A stretch of 52,120 nucleotides of DNA, the filler included, from Circinaria calcarea (taxonomy: Eukaryota): the NCBI GenBank assembly GCA_051942165.1. It is 2 parts of 2 records of this genome, joined end to end, with 100 filler letters (N's around TTAATTAATTAA, not from the genome) between each part and the next. Parts side by side here need not be neighbours in the genome. Positions count along the whole stretch, not along the records: positions 26,156 to 52,120 come from JAVECS010000087.1; 1 more part is not named here. One strand, written 5' to 3'. Below, piece by piece: positions 28,813 through 39,517 of this stretch. Within the stretch, counting starts at the first letter, position 1. Every line of letters starts with the position of its first letter. The position numbers and the translations under genes are program-made. A model generated the notes under the pieces. That model was not told where the DNA came from, made no database searches, and saw only the letters and a program-made list of their open reading frames with translations.

Positions 28813-29763
28813 ATGGCGGCTCACCTTTCGTGGCTCGCCACCTGCAAAGCTTCCCAGCTACGAGCTGTCGCAGTAGCTACAGGCGTAAACTCAGGCGGCA
28901 CGAAACCGATTCTTACATCCCGTCTCTTCGATGCCTTGCAGCAGGATAAGCTCGACCCGCCCGACAAGATCTACGATGGCAACTTCAAGCAGCACAGGAT
29001 TATCAGCATCGACATGGGCATCCGCAATCTAGCTTATTGCCGCCTCGCCCTGCCTTCGCATTGGCCTGGCCCTTGCAACTCTCTGTCAACCCTCCCTGTC
29101 GTAGAGGCTTGGGATCGCGTTGCAGTTGCTCAAAGATCGGATCCGAAAATTCCCAGCCTCGACGAAGCTCCGTGCCTGGATATCAAAGAAACGTTTGACC
29201 CTCTGACCTATTCCGAACATGCCTACTCCCTTCTGAAGAACCTTCTTTTCTCGTCTTCCCACCCAGCCCCAACACAGATCCTCATCGAGCGCCAGCGCTT
29301 CCGTTCCATGGGTGGCTCTGCGGTTCAAGAATGGACACTACGCGTTAACATGTTCGAAGCAATGCTCTACGCTGTGCTGAAGACTTTGCACTCCGAGGGA
29401 AAGTGGCAAGGAAACGTATATCCTGTTGCTCCGAGCAAGGTAAGTAACTTTTGGCTTGGTGACAGGGAGGGGACGAGGAAGGGAAAAGGAAATGGAAAAG
29501 GAGAGAAAATTGACCTAGTGAACGGGTGGTTAAACGACAAGAAACAGAAATTTGAACTGAGGGATGGAGCTCTGGAAACCGCCTGTTCGTGGCGAACAAA
29601 GCAGTCGGACGTCAAGGCTAAGCGGAGAAACGAGGGTAGAGTAAAAATGGGGAAGTTGGACGATTTGGCGGATTGCTTGCTGCAAGGGTTAGCATGGATA
29701 AACTGGGAGCAGAATAAAAGAACTCTTGTCCGGGATGGTCTAGTAGCTCTGGAGAACATTTGA
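28813..29763 (+). CDS. CCE1: Mitochondrial Holliday-junction resolvase (Cce1/Ydc2) with N-terminal SAP-like motif
   Basis: KASQLRAVAVATGVNSGGTKPILTSRL (SAP-like), ISIDMGIRNLAYC, LIERQRFRS, KLDDLADCLLQG. Confidence 0.9.
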   Translation: MAAHLSWLATCKASQLRAVAVATGVNSGGTKPILTSRLFDALQQDKLDPPDKIYDGNFKQHRIISIDMGIRNLAYCRLALPSHWPGPCNSLSTLPVVEAWDRVAVAQRSDPKIPSLDEAPCLDIKETFDPLTYSEHAYSLLKNLLFSSSHPAPTQILIERQRFRSMGGSAVQEWTLRVNMFEAMLYAVLKTLHSEGKWQGNVYPVAPSKVSNFWLGDREGTRKGKGNGKGEKIDLVNGWLNDKKQKFELRDGALETACSWRTKQSDVKAKRRNEGRVKMGKLDDLADCLLQGLAWINWEQNKRTLVRDGLVALENI

Positions 29764-30082
29764 TGTTTTGCATAGTACTTGAATGTATTGACTCGTGAAT
29801 GGCTTCTCACAGTAGCTTCTTGCTACTTTGACTGATGCTTACTGCGCATGCATGAACTAAATATACAATTTGGGGGTATCCCCATGTATCCAACCTCGTG
29901 GTATCATGTGAATCGTGCAATCATTTAATCGTTTCGCAGTATAAGCCAACAGAAAGCCTGGGAAGCCATAAGTGTGAATTGATAGGCGTCAGTGTGGAGT
30001 TTCTATCACGATCGACCCGGCCGGAAGACACTATTTTGCATGGAGGTACACGTCCATTGGTAGGGAAGCCGAAGAGAAAGCT

Positions 30083-33000
30083 CTAACGACGATAGAGCAT
30101 CGTGTTGTGCGTGACTATTTGGGATTGGAGAAGTGAGTCTGCTCGCTGGAATACGTCGCCCTGGAAGCTGCGGTCAAAGGCCACAGATGTAACAGGCGTG
30201 CTCGGGACAGTGGCCTGAGCAGCGGGACCCAATGCTGCAGATAAAGGAGTCGCTGGTACAGGTGTTGCCGGAACACTTTTTACGTAATGCGAAGACCCGA
30301 GTCCAAAGCCAGAGTTGTTGCGCGAGCGGTGTGGAGCGCTGGCAGCTTTCTGTCCATTGGTATGTCCATGTGGTGGATCACGTTCTGGCCACGGCTTCTG
30401 GCCTGGTTGAGGGGTAGATGGTGGGCTCACAACAGAACCCCAAGGTGAGAGCTGTAAATTTCCGATTGCCGTCTTGACAAGATTGTGTGTGGGAAGTAGG
30501 TTGCGCTGGATATTTTCTAGATGGAGCAACCGTAGTCTTTTCGCATCTTTCATCGCGGCCACGAGGTGGAAATACGAGTCCGTGTAATCAATAAAATACT
30601 TCCAGAACTCGATCGAACGTCTTACTTCAGGATCATTGAGTTTAACCGTCGACATCCGCTTCTTCAGGATTTCCCCAGCTTCCAAATAGGACCGACATCG
30701 CCCAACAAGTTTCTGCCAAAGTCTTTGAATTTTCTTAGTAGCATCTCCTTCCTTGGAAATTTCAAAAGAGTTCGCAAATTGCCGACTGACTGGCGGAATT
30801 GCTCGAGCGCCCTCTGCGATGGCTCGATCAAAACCGAAGTAGATCTTCTCAAAAATTGTATCTTGATCAACCTCGGAAGAGTCCGGATTCACTTGTCCAT
30901 GATGTTCGGGAGGCACTTGGGGAGTCTGAGGTATCAAAAAGGATTCACCAGATCGAGGAGTGTTTGCTATCGAGCTAATAGTCGATGTCGTGAGTGTGTT
31001 AGCGCGACTATTTGAGCGGCTGCGTCCGTTAACGTAGAGTGGAACTGGAGGCTGTGGATACGGTGTAGGATGGAAAAGTGGGCGGGTCTGTGGCTGCCGT
31101 ATCACAGGATTGGTACGGAGCCTTCTAGTTGGGTGAGGTCGTTCCTTTGTTGGCGTTGCTGACCGAGCTGAAAATCGCTGACGTTCCTGACGAGCCGAAG
31201 GAATAGCAAGTTTCCGAGGTTTCTTTACTATGATGTTATTGACGGTTTTGGCCAGACTCAAACAGCCGTTGCGAGCCTCAATTAAGTTTCCGAAAACTAA
31301 GAGATTGAGGGTTCGAATATATCTCTGGTCGCCATCTGAGACAAACTGCGAGTTTTCGTGTAATAATAATTTGCCGACTCGTTGATAAGATGCCATGCAG
31401 ATTCCACATGTACTGCAAACTTTCTTCATCGCGCGTTTCCTTGGCTCTCCGCTGGTATTCTCATTTACCTCAAACGCATGCAGCTCGGTGTCTAGCTGCT
31501 CCAGATGGACTGTGGCATAGTAGTACTCCCTTTCAAGATTTGCCCGCTTCGAACTGTCTCTGATGACGCTAACGAGGCATGATATATGAGGATGGACTTG
31601 GTGCAGAGAGTACAAGACACCTTTGGCGCCGTCAGCAATGTGATTTGGAACACGCGATTCGCGTTTGCATTCTGGCAAGCTTGACAGCCGTCGGACATAA
31701 GTGCCTTGCTGTCGTTCACCTTCAGCCAGACTGGCAGAAAGGGGGGCAGCCCCATGGGAGTTGCTGTTGTCGTCGCTGAATTTACCTCTCAAGGCCGAAC
31801 CATGACTGAAACCTCGAAAATGAAAACTATTACGTTGTGTTCGTGTCTCATCTACAGTTCCAAGATTCGGATTTTTCCTTGTAACAATGCCCATACGTTT
31901 GTTCCTGTTGTTTTGGCTTGCTGTTGCCTGCAGGACGCTCTCACTATTACTCCGATTCCTCTCACTTCCAATAACAAGAGGCGTCACCCCTGGACGGCGC
32001 AAGCCACTGTTCATCAAAATAGAGTTCTGTCCCGATGCAACGCGATAATGCGAACGTGTGAGGATAGCTGATCTGGTTATCCCGGGAGATTTGGCATCAT
32101 GTGCGGACTCAGAGCCGCTTGCGGTAAGAACCACCGGAAATCGGATGCTATTATTTCTTTTTAATGGCCGCGGAGTATCCAACGGGCTTTCGCTATAGCT
32201 GCTTTAGATCCAGTCCGATGCATCTGCTCCTTACAGTACATACCTCGACTCGCCGCCAGATCCTAACGTAGCTGCCTCGTCTTTGAGATGCTTCTTTACT
32301 TTCTTTGTAAGTGCCTGATGTTGATCGTTCTCGGCAACAGGCTTAACCACGGGAGATTGCGACCCATTATTACCATCAAGCACGCCTTTTAGGCCATCAT
32401 TCCATGGATTATTAGCCAGCTTCAAGACGTCCAGCTTATCAAGGAATCCAATAGAAAACGGAAGTGCTTCCAGGTTGTTGTTCATCAATGATAAAACACG
32501 CAAAGCCTTCATGTGCGTGATCTCCTCTGGAATTCTACTCAAGTTATTGCGGCTTAGATCGAGAATTTGAAGATTGGGTAATTTGTATAACTTTGAACAC
32601 TTAGTATTTGGCTTATCGTCATATTTAATAGGAACTCACAGCCTTTGGGAAGTCCTTAAGACGATTATCTCTCAGATTAAGATAATTAAGCGTAGTACAT
32701 TCGGAGAACTTGTTGGGTATGTGCGAGATCTGGTTGTGGGCAATGACGAGCCTGCATCACCAAATTAATACTGTTGACGAAATGGCCATATTCAGAACAT
32801 GATACTAATCCCTACCTCTCAACATCAGCTTTGAATATTTCAATTACCTCATCCGGTAGCTCCAGGATATTTTGATGACTGAGGTCTAAAGTCAATAGAA
32901 TTTTGACTGACTCTCCGACCTCCTCGCTCCCTGCCCGAGTCTGCCGCATCTCTTGGATCGCCCTATCAAAAGTATGGCGAACAAGGTTGATGGTGTCCGA

Positions 33001-33244
33001 TTGAGAAAGTACGCCAGGAGAATCTTGAAATGAGCCAGGTGGAGGGCCATCATACCTGACGGAGTTGTCGCTATTACCTGGATATAGCCTGGATGTCAAG
33101 ACTCAGAGAGGTAACTCGTGAGAGTATCGGGCGCATCACGTACCCGGGATAGAAGTATTGCTCATGGGTTCGAAAACGGTCTGAGGTTTCTTTTGTCTCC
33201 TCCCATCCCTCATTAGGGACTAGCGGTACAGCTGGAAACTCCAT
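30083..33244 (-). CDS. SOG2: RAM-network leucine-rich-repeat protein Sog2; multi-exon; start codon uncertain
   Basis: N-terminal LRR exons (LTLDLSHQNILELP, LQILDLSRNNLSRIP, LSLMNNNLEALP, LKLANNP), followed by a SOG2-type region (RRLSSLPE, GVLYSLHQVH, DGDQRYIRTL, PATPLSAALGPAAQATVP). Confidence 0.85.
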
Positions 33245-33586
33245 CTGATACGGCCTTGACTCTGTATGTTTGTTATGCATTCATCAAGAGGGTGTGGGAT
33301 TTACAGGGGTTGGACAGGCGCTCAGATAGGTATATGTCCAGACAAAGCAGGAATACGATAGGCTCATCAAGATACATAGCCCACGATAAAGATCTCCATC
33401 AATTTGTAATGTTACAGACGCGGGCTCCTCTTCAGTAACAATCGATTGCGCAACATCAGATGGTGGACGGTGAAAGATGTCAAGGACAGTTCTGGGCCCA
33501 GTTGACGCAGGTACCGCACTCGTGGCGTTCCACCTCGGCTATTGATCCTGGTATTCTAAGCGTGTCTAAGATCTAGCGCGAAGATG

Positions 33587-33903
33587 TCAGCCACATTTCG
33601 ATAAGGACTGTTTGTTACTAAGGTATCATGAAACAGCGTTAGGAAAAGATTAACAGACTTTCCAATGCGAGACAGGATGAAGTCACGAAGGAGAGGAGGA
33701 TTCATCGGTCCCCATGGAGATTCAGACAAGAGTATCTGACGGTAGGTATGATCATTGAGGACGCATCTTGAAAATCGGTGGGCTTCACAGACGCAACACG
33801 GACAATTGCGGTGAAAGGGCCGATCTCGCGGCAGCAAGGCCCGTCTTTCCTCCGAGACACAGGATACTCCGATGGACCCTGGCTGACTCTGTGTTGCACC
33901 CAT
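33587..33903 (-). CDS. Putative small orphan protein (about 90 aa) with an MGxxxS myristoylation consensus and a CPCCVC cluster
   Basis: C/A-rich leader, GAAAATGG context at 33903, and a plausible intron GTCTGT...CTAAC...TTAG giving ...IGNNKQSLSKCG*. No homolog recognised. Confidence 0.4.
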
Positions 33904-34678
33904 TTTCGACTCTGTGAGGAACTCTGATAAATGATGAGAAGTGGTGATGGCGTTTGTTGTTTTTGGTGTTGATGGATCGATGGGATTGGAGGGAAATGTG
34001 TAAGCTTGGACACATTGAGTGATGTAATTACAGTTGATCATGTGACTGGCCGGAGGGTATTAGGAGAGCCCATAGCAGGAGGAGAAGCGTTCAACCACCA
34101 AGGTCACTCAACTGTCATTCGAAAGCAGGCAGTCAAAGTCCAATGGAGTTATCTGCATATACTAAGTTCTCATGCCTGTCTTGGATTGCAGAATCTACAG
34201 TTTGGAAGGTCAAAAACTGTCTACTGAGGCATTCTTCCATTCCCATGTCTCCCAATTTTCCAGTACTCGTTCTAGTGTCACTCGATTCCTTGCTCCCCGA
34301 ATAGTACTAGACTATAGGTGCTTCAGAAATATATTACCAGATGTTTGAGGACGTTGTCTAATCTAGGAATAGATATGATGTGGCTGTTATGATAGAGGCT
34401 CAGTGGGTCTTGCAGAAGGCGGAGTCTATATCTCCATACGCTACACTGTCAGAGTATATGAAGTAGTCAGAATGGCTCGGTATGGCACTTTGCCAACCAT
34501 TGCCTGTTCCAATGCCAACTTGCAAAACAAACAAGCTAGATACGACCATGATAGCTTCTATATATGGGAATGACCACCGTTATTATGGCAACCTGAGTTT
34601 CTCAATCTAGAATAATCACCTAGATCCCAACTATGTACAGTTCTCCAGGGGCCTGGCAGATATTCTAACAAAGACAGA

Positions 34679-35471
34679 CTAATCTTCGGCAGGTATCGGT
34701 GCTTCAGATTCATCAAGACCAGCATCTAAATCAGGATCATCTCCAGATATAGATTCTGACGAGTTGTCCACGCTTGTGTACCCAGAGGCACGCTTTTGCT
34801 CTTCCGTCATCATTTCTTTAGTCGCCCATGCCTTCCATCGCTCATACTCTTTGTCCTCTAGCTCCATCCCTATCTGCAGCATCGATTTACCAAAGTATGC
34901 CCCGGTGGCAACTGCCTCCTCCTTAGCTACCCTCCGTTCGACATCTTCTTGTAAGCGCTCATCGTAGAATTCTTGCCTGGCTTGGTCATACGCCATGGCT
35001 TTTGACATATCGGGTACATTCTCCATGAGCCACATCTGCCGTTGTACCACACTTTCATAGGTTAGCAGACTTAGGCATAGCCATAGCCCCTTGAGCCTAC
35101 CTTTCTCCGTTCAATGGCCGTCCTTCTTGCCTGATATGACTCCAGTCCCTCCGCCTCGCATCTGTACCATCATTCTCAAGAACGACTCTGGGCCGCGCTA
35201 ACTCCCACGGATGGTCGCCGAAAAATTCTCTTCGTAGTCTGTCTTCCTTGTAGGATATCTTTTCGGGCTGGAAGAGCTTGCTTGGTTTTCTTGTCCTCGA
35301 GCCTCGGGTATTTGAATGGTGCTTGAGTGGTTGCGTACGAACAAGCGTCTGAGTTGGTGGAACGGCAGCGATAACGTTGTACCATGAGGGCGCACTAGCT
35401 AGCTTTTCCGTTGCAAGGAGCTGGGTTACAGCTTGGTGAACTCGGTGAGGCCGGAAGTCATACCGTCCCAT
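34679..35471 (-). CDS. RSM25: Mitochondrial small-subunit ribosomal protein mS23 (Rsm25); 1 intron
   Basis: [13 protein letters not shown]...[27 protein letters not shown]...[13 protein letters not shown]...[10 protein letters not shown]. Confidence 0.9.
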
Positions 35472-35737
35472 CACAGAGGAAAAGCTTGTCGAGTTCAATT
35501 ATCAAAAATGTATTGATCGTGTTCTAGCTAGGTGGGCGTTGCAGATTCCGGGATCCGTCAAACTGACATGTATTTATCTCTACTAGCGCGATGGCCGCTC
35601 GTTGATCGGCTATGCTTTGGGAGAGGAAGCTTCTCGTCTCATACTTATAAGCCAACAATCATAGATTGATTTGCGGTTCGTACGGCTATCTATTCATGGG
35701 TCGACATTTCAATGGATGACAAGATGTGGTACACTCC

Positions 35738-37522
35738 ATGTCAATCTCAGGTACCTTGGCCAGGTCCATGAGCAGCTCAGTCACTAGCAGATTTGGATTT
35801 GGTTCTCAATCTCTGTTCTTTACAACATCGTCGATCCGAATTGGACAACGAATGAACAAGAACTACCGAGGCAGCTCAAGACGGGCTTTCACCAGCTCTA
35901 CCAACCCTACACTGTACCATATGGAGAATCTATTCATTGATGCCTTGGTCAGGGCAGGGACCTGCAGTCATCATTCACAGGGGAATCATTCTCAAAGACT
36001 CTCGCTTCGAAATACAATTGGCAATCTTAGACTTCGAAACAGGCTGCCCCAACCTATTGCCAACTACACTCGAGCTTTCCACGGACCGGCATCGGACCAG
36101 TCACAATCGCTGGCCGTGTCGCAACTATACAGTCAGGATGATTACAGGCAAATGCTGGATTACTATCATGGAACATCTTTTCACGAGACTTCACCAATCT
36201 GGAGTCTAGAATCGCAGAGTTTGCCTAATATAGAAGCAGTCGAAAGTGAAGGGAAAGCGGCCAAGAGATCTGGTGCAGCAGTTCAGCAGAGCGCTAGTTT
36301 CGAATATCAATCCACAATCGATCGCGCAGTCAGTGCAATTAGTGACCTAACAACTACCCACGAAGCGCTTTTTGAGAGTTATCAAGCACTCCCTTTCCCT
36401 GGAGTATCCTACCTCCCGCTGGACGCGCGTAGGTTGTTGCTTCGGAGGCTTTCCGTGGTGGAGAAGAAGATTGAACGGGAAACGCTGCGGTACTTGTCTA
36501 TCGTGGGTGATATGAAGGCAGCAGAGATACAGTTATCAGAAGGGGAGTGGAATAGCGCAATCCATCTTGCAGGTAGATGCTTTTCTAAGGTGACCGCCAC
36601 CGAAGTAGAATATGCTATACGAACGTGGAAAGAGATGGAGGAGGAAGCTGGTGTCAAGAGCAGTCATGTTACCTATAACATACTCTTCGATATCGCTACA
36701 AAGGCAGGGAAGTTCACGCTGGCCGAGATCATATTAAAAGAAATGCATGCTCAGAGGATGGAGGTCAACCGATTTTCTCAGGTCGGGCTAATTTATTACC
36801 ACGGCCTCAAAGGTGATGGCGATGGGGTGAGACGAGCATATCGGGATCTTGTTGAGCAGGGGCAGATTGTTGACACCGTGGTTCTGAACTGCGTCATCGC
36901 TTCGCTCCTTCGAGCAGGTGAACTGGCTACGGCTGATCAAGTTTACCAACGAATGAAAGTTATGTACGCTAAAAGGACCGGTGCCAAACTGCCTTCGAAC
37001 ACCTTCAAGGGTTCTAGAGAACTTGGAAAAATGCTCAACCGCGCAGCCAAGCATTTCAAGAATGATTCGTTGAAAAGGCAGAAGCTCCAAGATGAGCAAT
37101 CATTGGCGCCAAACGTACACACCTACGTGATTTACTTGGAACATCATGTTTCTCAAACGGGCGAATTGCAATGCATTGCGAATCTGTTGGACGAAATGCA
37201 ATTTCTAGGATTACCCATACATGGGAGGCTGTTTATGGAACTTTTTCGAGGGTTCTTTCTGCATGGAGGTATCCGCTACACCTCTTGGACCGCAGCACGC
37301 CTTGAGGACGTGTGGACCTCGTTTGTGCAGGTGCTGGGGCGAGGCATAGACGATGTCTATGTTGGCAAGTGGATAGCTGTTTGGGTGTTGCGAGCCTTCA
37401 TCAAGTGTTGTGGGAAACGTAGGGCCCTGGAGATATGGAATGAGCTGAAAAGTAGATGGAAACCATCAGAGCGTGAGATGGAGATCGTTCATGGAATCTT
37501 GGAACAGAAACGTAGACAGTGA
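35738..37522 (+). CDS. Pentatricopeptide-repeat protein, probably mitochondrial
   Basis: Ser/Arg-rich N-terminus; PPR motifs VTYNILFDIATKAGKFTLAEIILKEM and TVVLNCVIASLLRAGELATADQVYQRM. Confidence 0.85.
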   Translation: MSISGTLARSMSSSVTSRFGFGSQSLFFTTSSIRIGQRMNKNYRGSSRRAFTSSTNPTLYHMENLFIDALVRAGTCSHHSQGNHSQRLSLRNTIGNLRLRNRLPQPIANYTRAFHGPASDQSQSLAVSQLYSQDDYRQMLDYYHGTSFHETSPIWSLESQSLPNIEAVESEGKAAKRSGAAVQQSASFEYQSTIDRAVSAISDLTTTHEALFESYQALPFPGVSYLPLDARRLLLRRLSVVEKKIERETLRYLSIVGDMKAAEIQLSEGEWNSAIHLAGRCFSKVTATEVEYAIRTWKEMEEEAGVKSSHVTYNILFDIATKAGKFTLAEIILKEMHAQRMEVNRFSQVGLIYYHGLKGDGDGVRRAYRDLVEQGQIVDTVVLNCVIASLLRAGELATADQVYQRMKVMYAKRTGAKLPSNTFKGSRELGKMLNRAAKHFKNDSLKRQKLQDEQSLAPNVHTYVIYLEHHVSQTGELQCIANLLDEMQFLGLPIHGRLFMELFRGFFLHGGIRYTSWTAARLEDVWTSFVQVLGRGIDDVYVGKWIAVWVLRAFIKCCGKRRALEIWNELKSRWKPSEREMEIVHGILEQKRRQ

Positions 37523-37671
37523 TATAAAGTTTTTATGGACACTATGTTCTCCTGTTACCAATTTCAAAGAAGACTTCTATGAGACCGTTGCATTGTGAGA
37601 AGGTAAAGATTGTCGAGTGTGGAAACCCCAGTCGCGAATATAATCCTTGTCTCTTCGGAAAACCCAACATC

Positions 37672-39234
37672 ATGCCCAAATCCCAGAAAATCGACATCGA
37701 CTTCACCCTGAGACGGGTATTTGGTAAGAAAAGCTTCAGGTACGCTTATTTAGACACTGCCCTCTACCTCAAATTCTATGAACATCTGCTGACAAACATA
37801 GACCCTACCAGCGTGAGATTATCACCGCGGCGCTCGAAGGTAATCCTTTTTTTATACAGACAGTATAACAGAAAATCAATTGAAACCCCCTACATAGGAT
37901 CCGATGTATTCGTTCAAGCAGCTACCTCCTTTGGGAAAAGCCTCTGCTTTCAACTACCCGCCGTGATTGACCATGGCATCACCATTGTCGTTTCCCCCTT
38001 ACTCGCCTTGATGAACAACCAAGTCGCCGCCCTCCGTGCGGCCGGTGTCGAAGTCGCCACCATAAATTCCAGCACCCCGCTTCAAGATCGCGACGCCATC
38101 GTCGAAGACCTCCGCTGCGGCCACCCACGTACCCGTCTCCTTTACGTGACCCCGGAGTACTGCCAGAGCGAAACCTTCCGCCGCCACCTGCAGACCATCT
38201 ATGCCCAAAACGAACTCGCCCGCATTGCCATCGACGAGGCCCACTGCATCTCCGAATGGGGCCACGACTTCCGAACCGCCTACGCCCACCTCTCCCATTT
38301 CCGCATTGCCTACCCCCAAACTCCCATCATCTGCCTCACGGCAACGGCCACGCCCCGTGTCCGCAACGACATCATTTCCACGCTCGCCCTCGACCCGGCC
38401 ACCCTCAAGGTCTTCACCACGTCCACCTCTCGCGCGAACTTGCACTACGAGATCCGCTTCACATCCGACGCCGACGACATCCGCTTCGCCGACTTCACTG
38501 CCTGGCTCCAAAGCGTCCACAACCGCCGGGCCACGGACCCAACCCGCAAAGAAGAACTCGCCGCCAAATCCGAACGGGCAGACGCCGTCTCCGGCATCAT
38601 CTACACGGCTTTCCGTTCCGACTGCGATGCCCTCGCCGCCCGCCTTCGAGCGCAGAAAATTGGCGCCGCCGCCTACCACGCCGGCCTCTCCAAAGCCGAA
38701 AGGGAAGACTGCCAGCAGAAATGGATCGCCGACGAACCGGGCCACGACATCATCGTGGCAACGACCGCGTTCGGCATGGGCATCGACAAGGAAAACGTCC
38801 GGTTCGTGGTCCACTGGTGCATGCCCAAGTCATTTGAGGGCTTCTACCAGGAGGCCGGACGGGCCGGGCGGGACGGCAAAGCGGCCCTCTGCATCCTCTA
38901 CTACAGCCGCGAAGACCGGGACCGGGCTGCCTGGCGGATTTCCCGGGATGGAGGCGGGGCGAACGGGAAAGGAGGCCGGGAAGTGCAGGCGGAGGGCCGG
39001 GCAAAGAGTTTCAAGAAACTGGTCGAGTACTGTGAGAACACGGACAAGTGTAGGCACGCGATCATCAGTGAGTATTTTGGAGAAGGAGGGGAGGCGCCAA
39101 AGTGCGACTTTGCTTGTGATTGGTGCAAGGATGCAAAGGGATTGAAGAAGAGGAAGGAGGAAGAGCTGGCGAGTGAGGAATGGTGTAGTACGCAGAGAGA
39201 GAGGGGCGAGTATTATGGGGAGGGATATGATTGA
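37672..39234 (+). CDS. Short RecQ-family DNA helicase (helicase core plus Zn-binding region; no winged-helix or HRDC domain); 2 introns
   Basis: FGKKSFR|PYQREII, AATSFGKSLCFQLPA, IDEAHCISEWGHDFR, TATAT, VATTAFGMGIDK, YQEAGRAGRDG, CRH...CDFACDWC. Confidence 0.93.
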   Translation: MPKSQKIDIDFTLRRVFGKKSFRYAYLDTALYLKFYEHLLTNIDPTSVRLSPRRSKVILFLYRQYNRKSIETPYIGSDVFVQAATSFGKSLCFQLPAVIDHGITIVVSPLLALMNNQVAALRAAGVEVATINSSTPLQDRDAIVEDLRCGHPRTRLLYVTPEYCQSETFRRHLQTIYAQNELARIAIDEAHCISEWGHDFRTAYAHLSHFRIAYPQTPIICLTATATPRVRNDIISTLALDPATLKVFTTSTSRANLHYEIRFTSDADDIRFADFTAWLQSVHNRRATDPTRKEELAAKSERADAVSGIIYTAFRSDCDALAARLRAQKIGAAAYHAGLSKAEREDCQQKWIADEPGHDIIVATTAFGMGIDKENVRFVVHWCMPKSFEGFYQEAGRAGRDGKAALCILYYSREDRDRAAWRISRDGGGANGKGGREVQAEGRAKSFKKLVEYCENTDKCRHAIISEYFGEGGEAPKCDFACDWCKDAKGLKKRKEEELASEEWCSTQRERGEYYGEGYD

Positions 39235-39517
39235 TCATTGCTCCTGCTTTGCTTACTTAGGTCTTCTTAAAGGTACGCATAGCGAGTGGACACGGAGGGG
39301 GTCATGGCATTTTTTTGGACGCTTAAGAGAAACGAAATACATGCATCATCTCGCTCAAGAACTGATCTCCGAAAAAGGCTACTAGTAAAATGGTGATCAT
39401 AGCTTCTTATTCGTGCAATAAGCTTGCCCCTTGGGCCTTGCGTTGTAGAAATTGCCACAGCCGTGGAAATGTTGGGTGGGTTCGCCATGACTGCCGGTCA
39501 TATTACCACGCCTCTCA

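Noticed and set aside
37579..37900. RecQ as a single 551-aa ORF starting at 37579
   Set aside because: The ORF reads through two introns (GTACGC...CATAG and GTAATC...CATAG); splicing from ATG 37672 restores the FR-PYQ motif.
37999..39145. Long overlapping ORFs (271 aa antisense; 314 and 193 aa in alternative frames) inside RecQ
   Set aside because: Expected shadows of extreme GC3 bias; low-complexity translations with no motifs.
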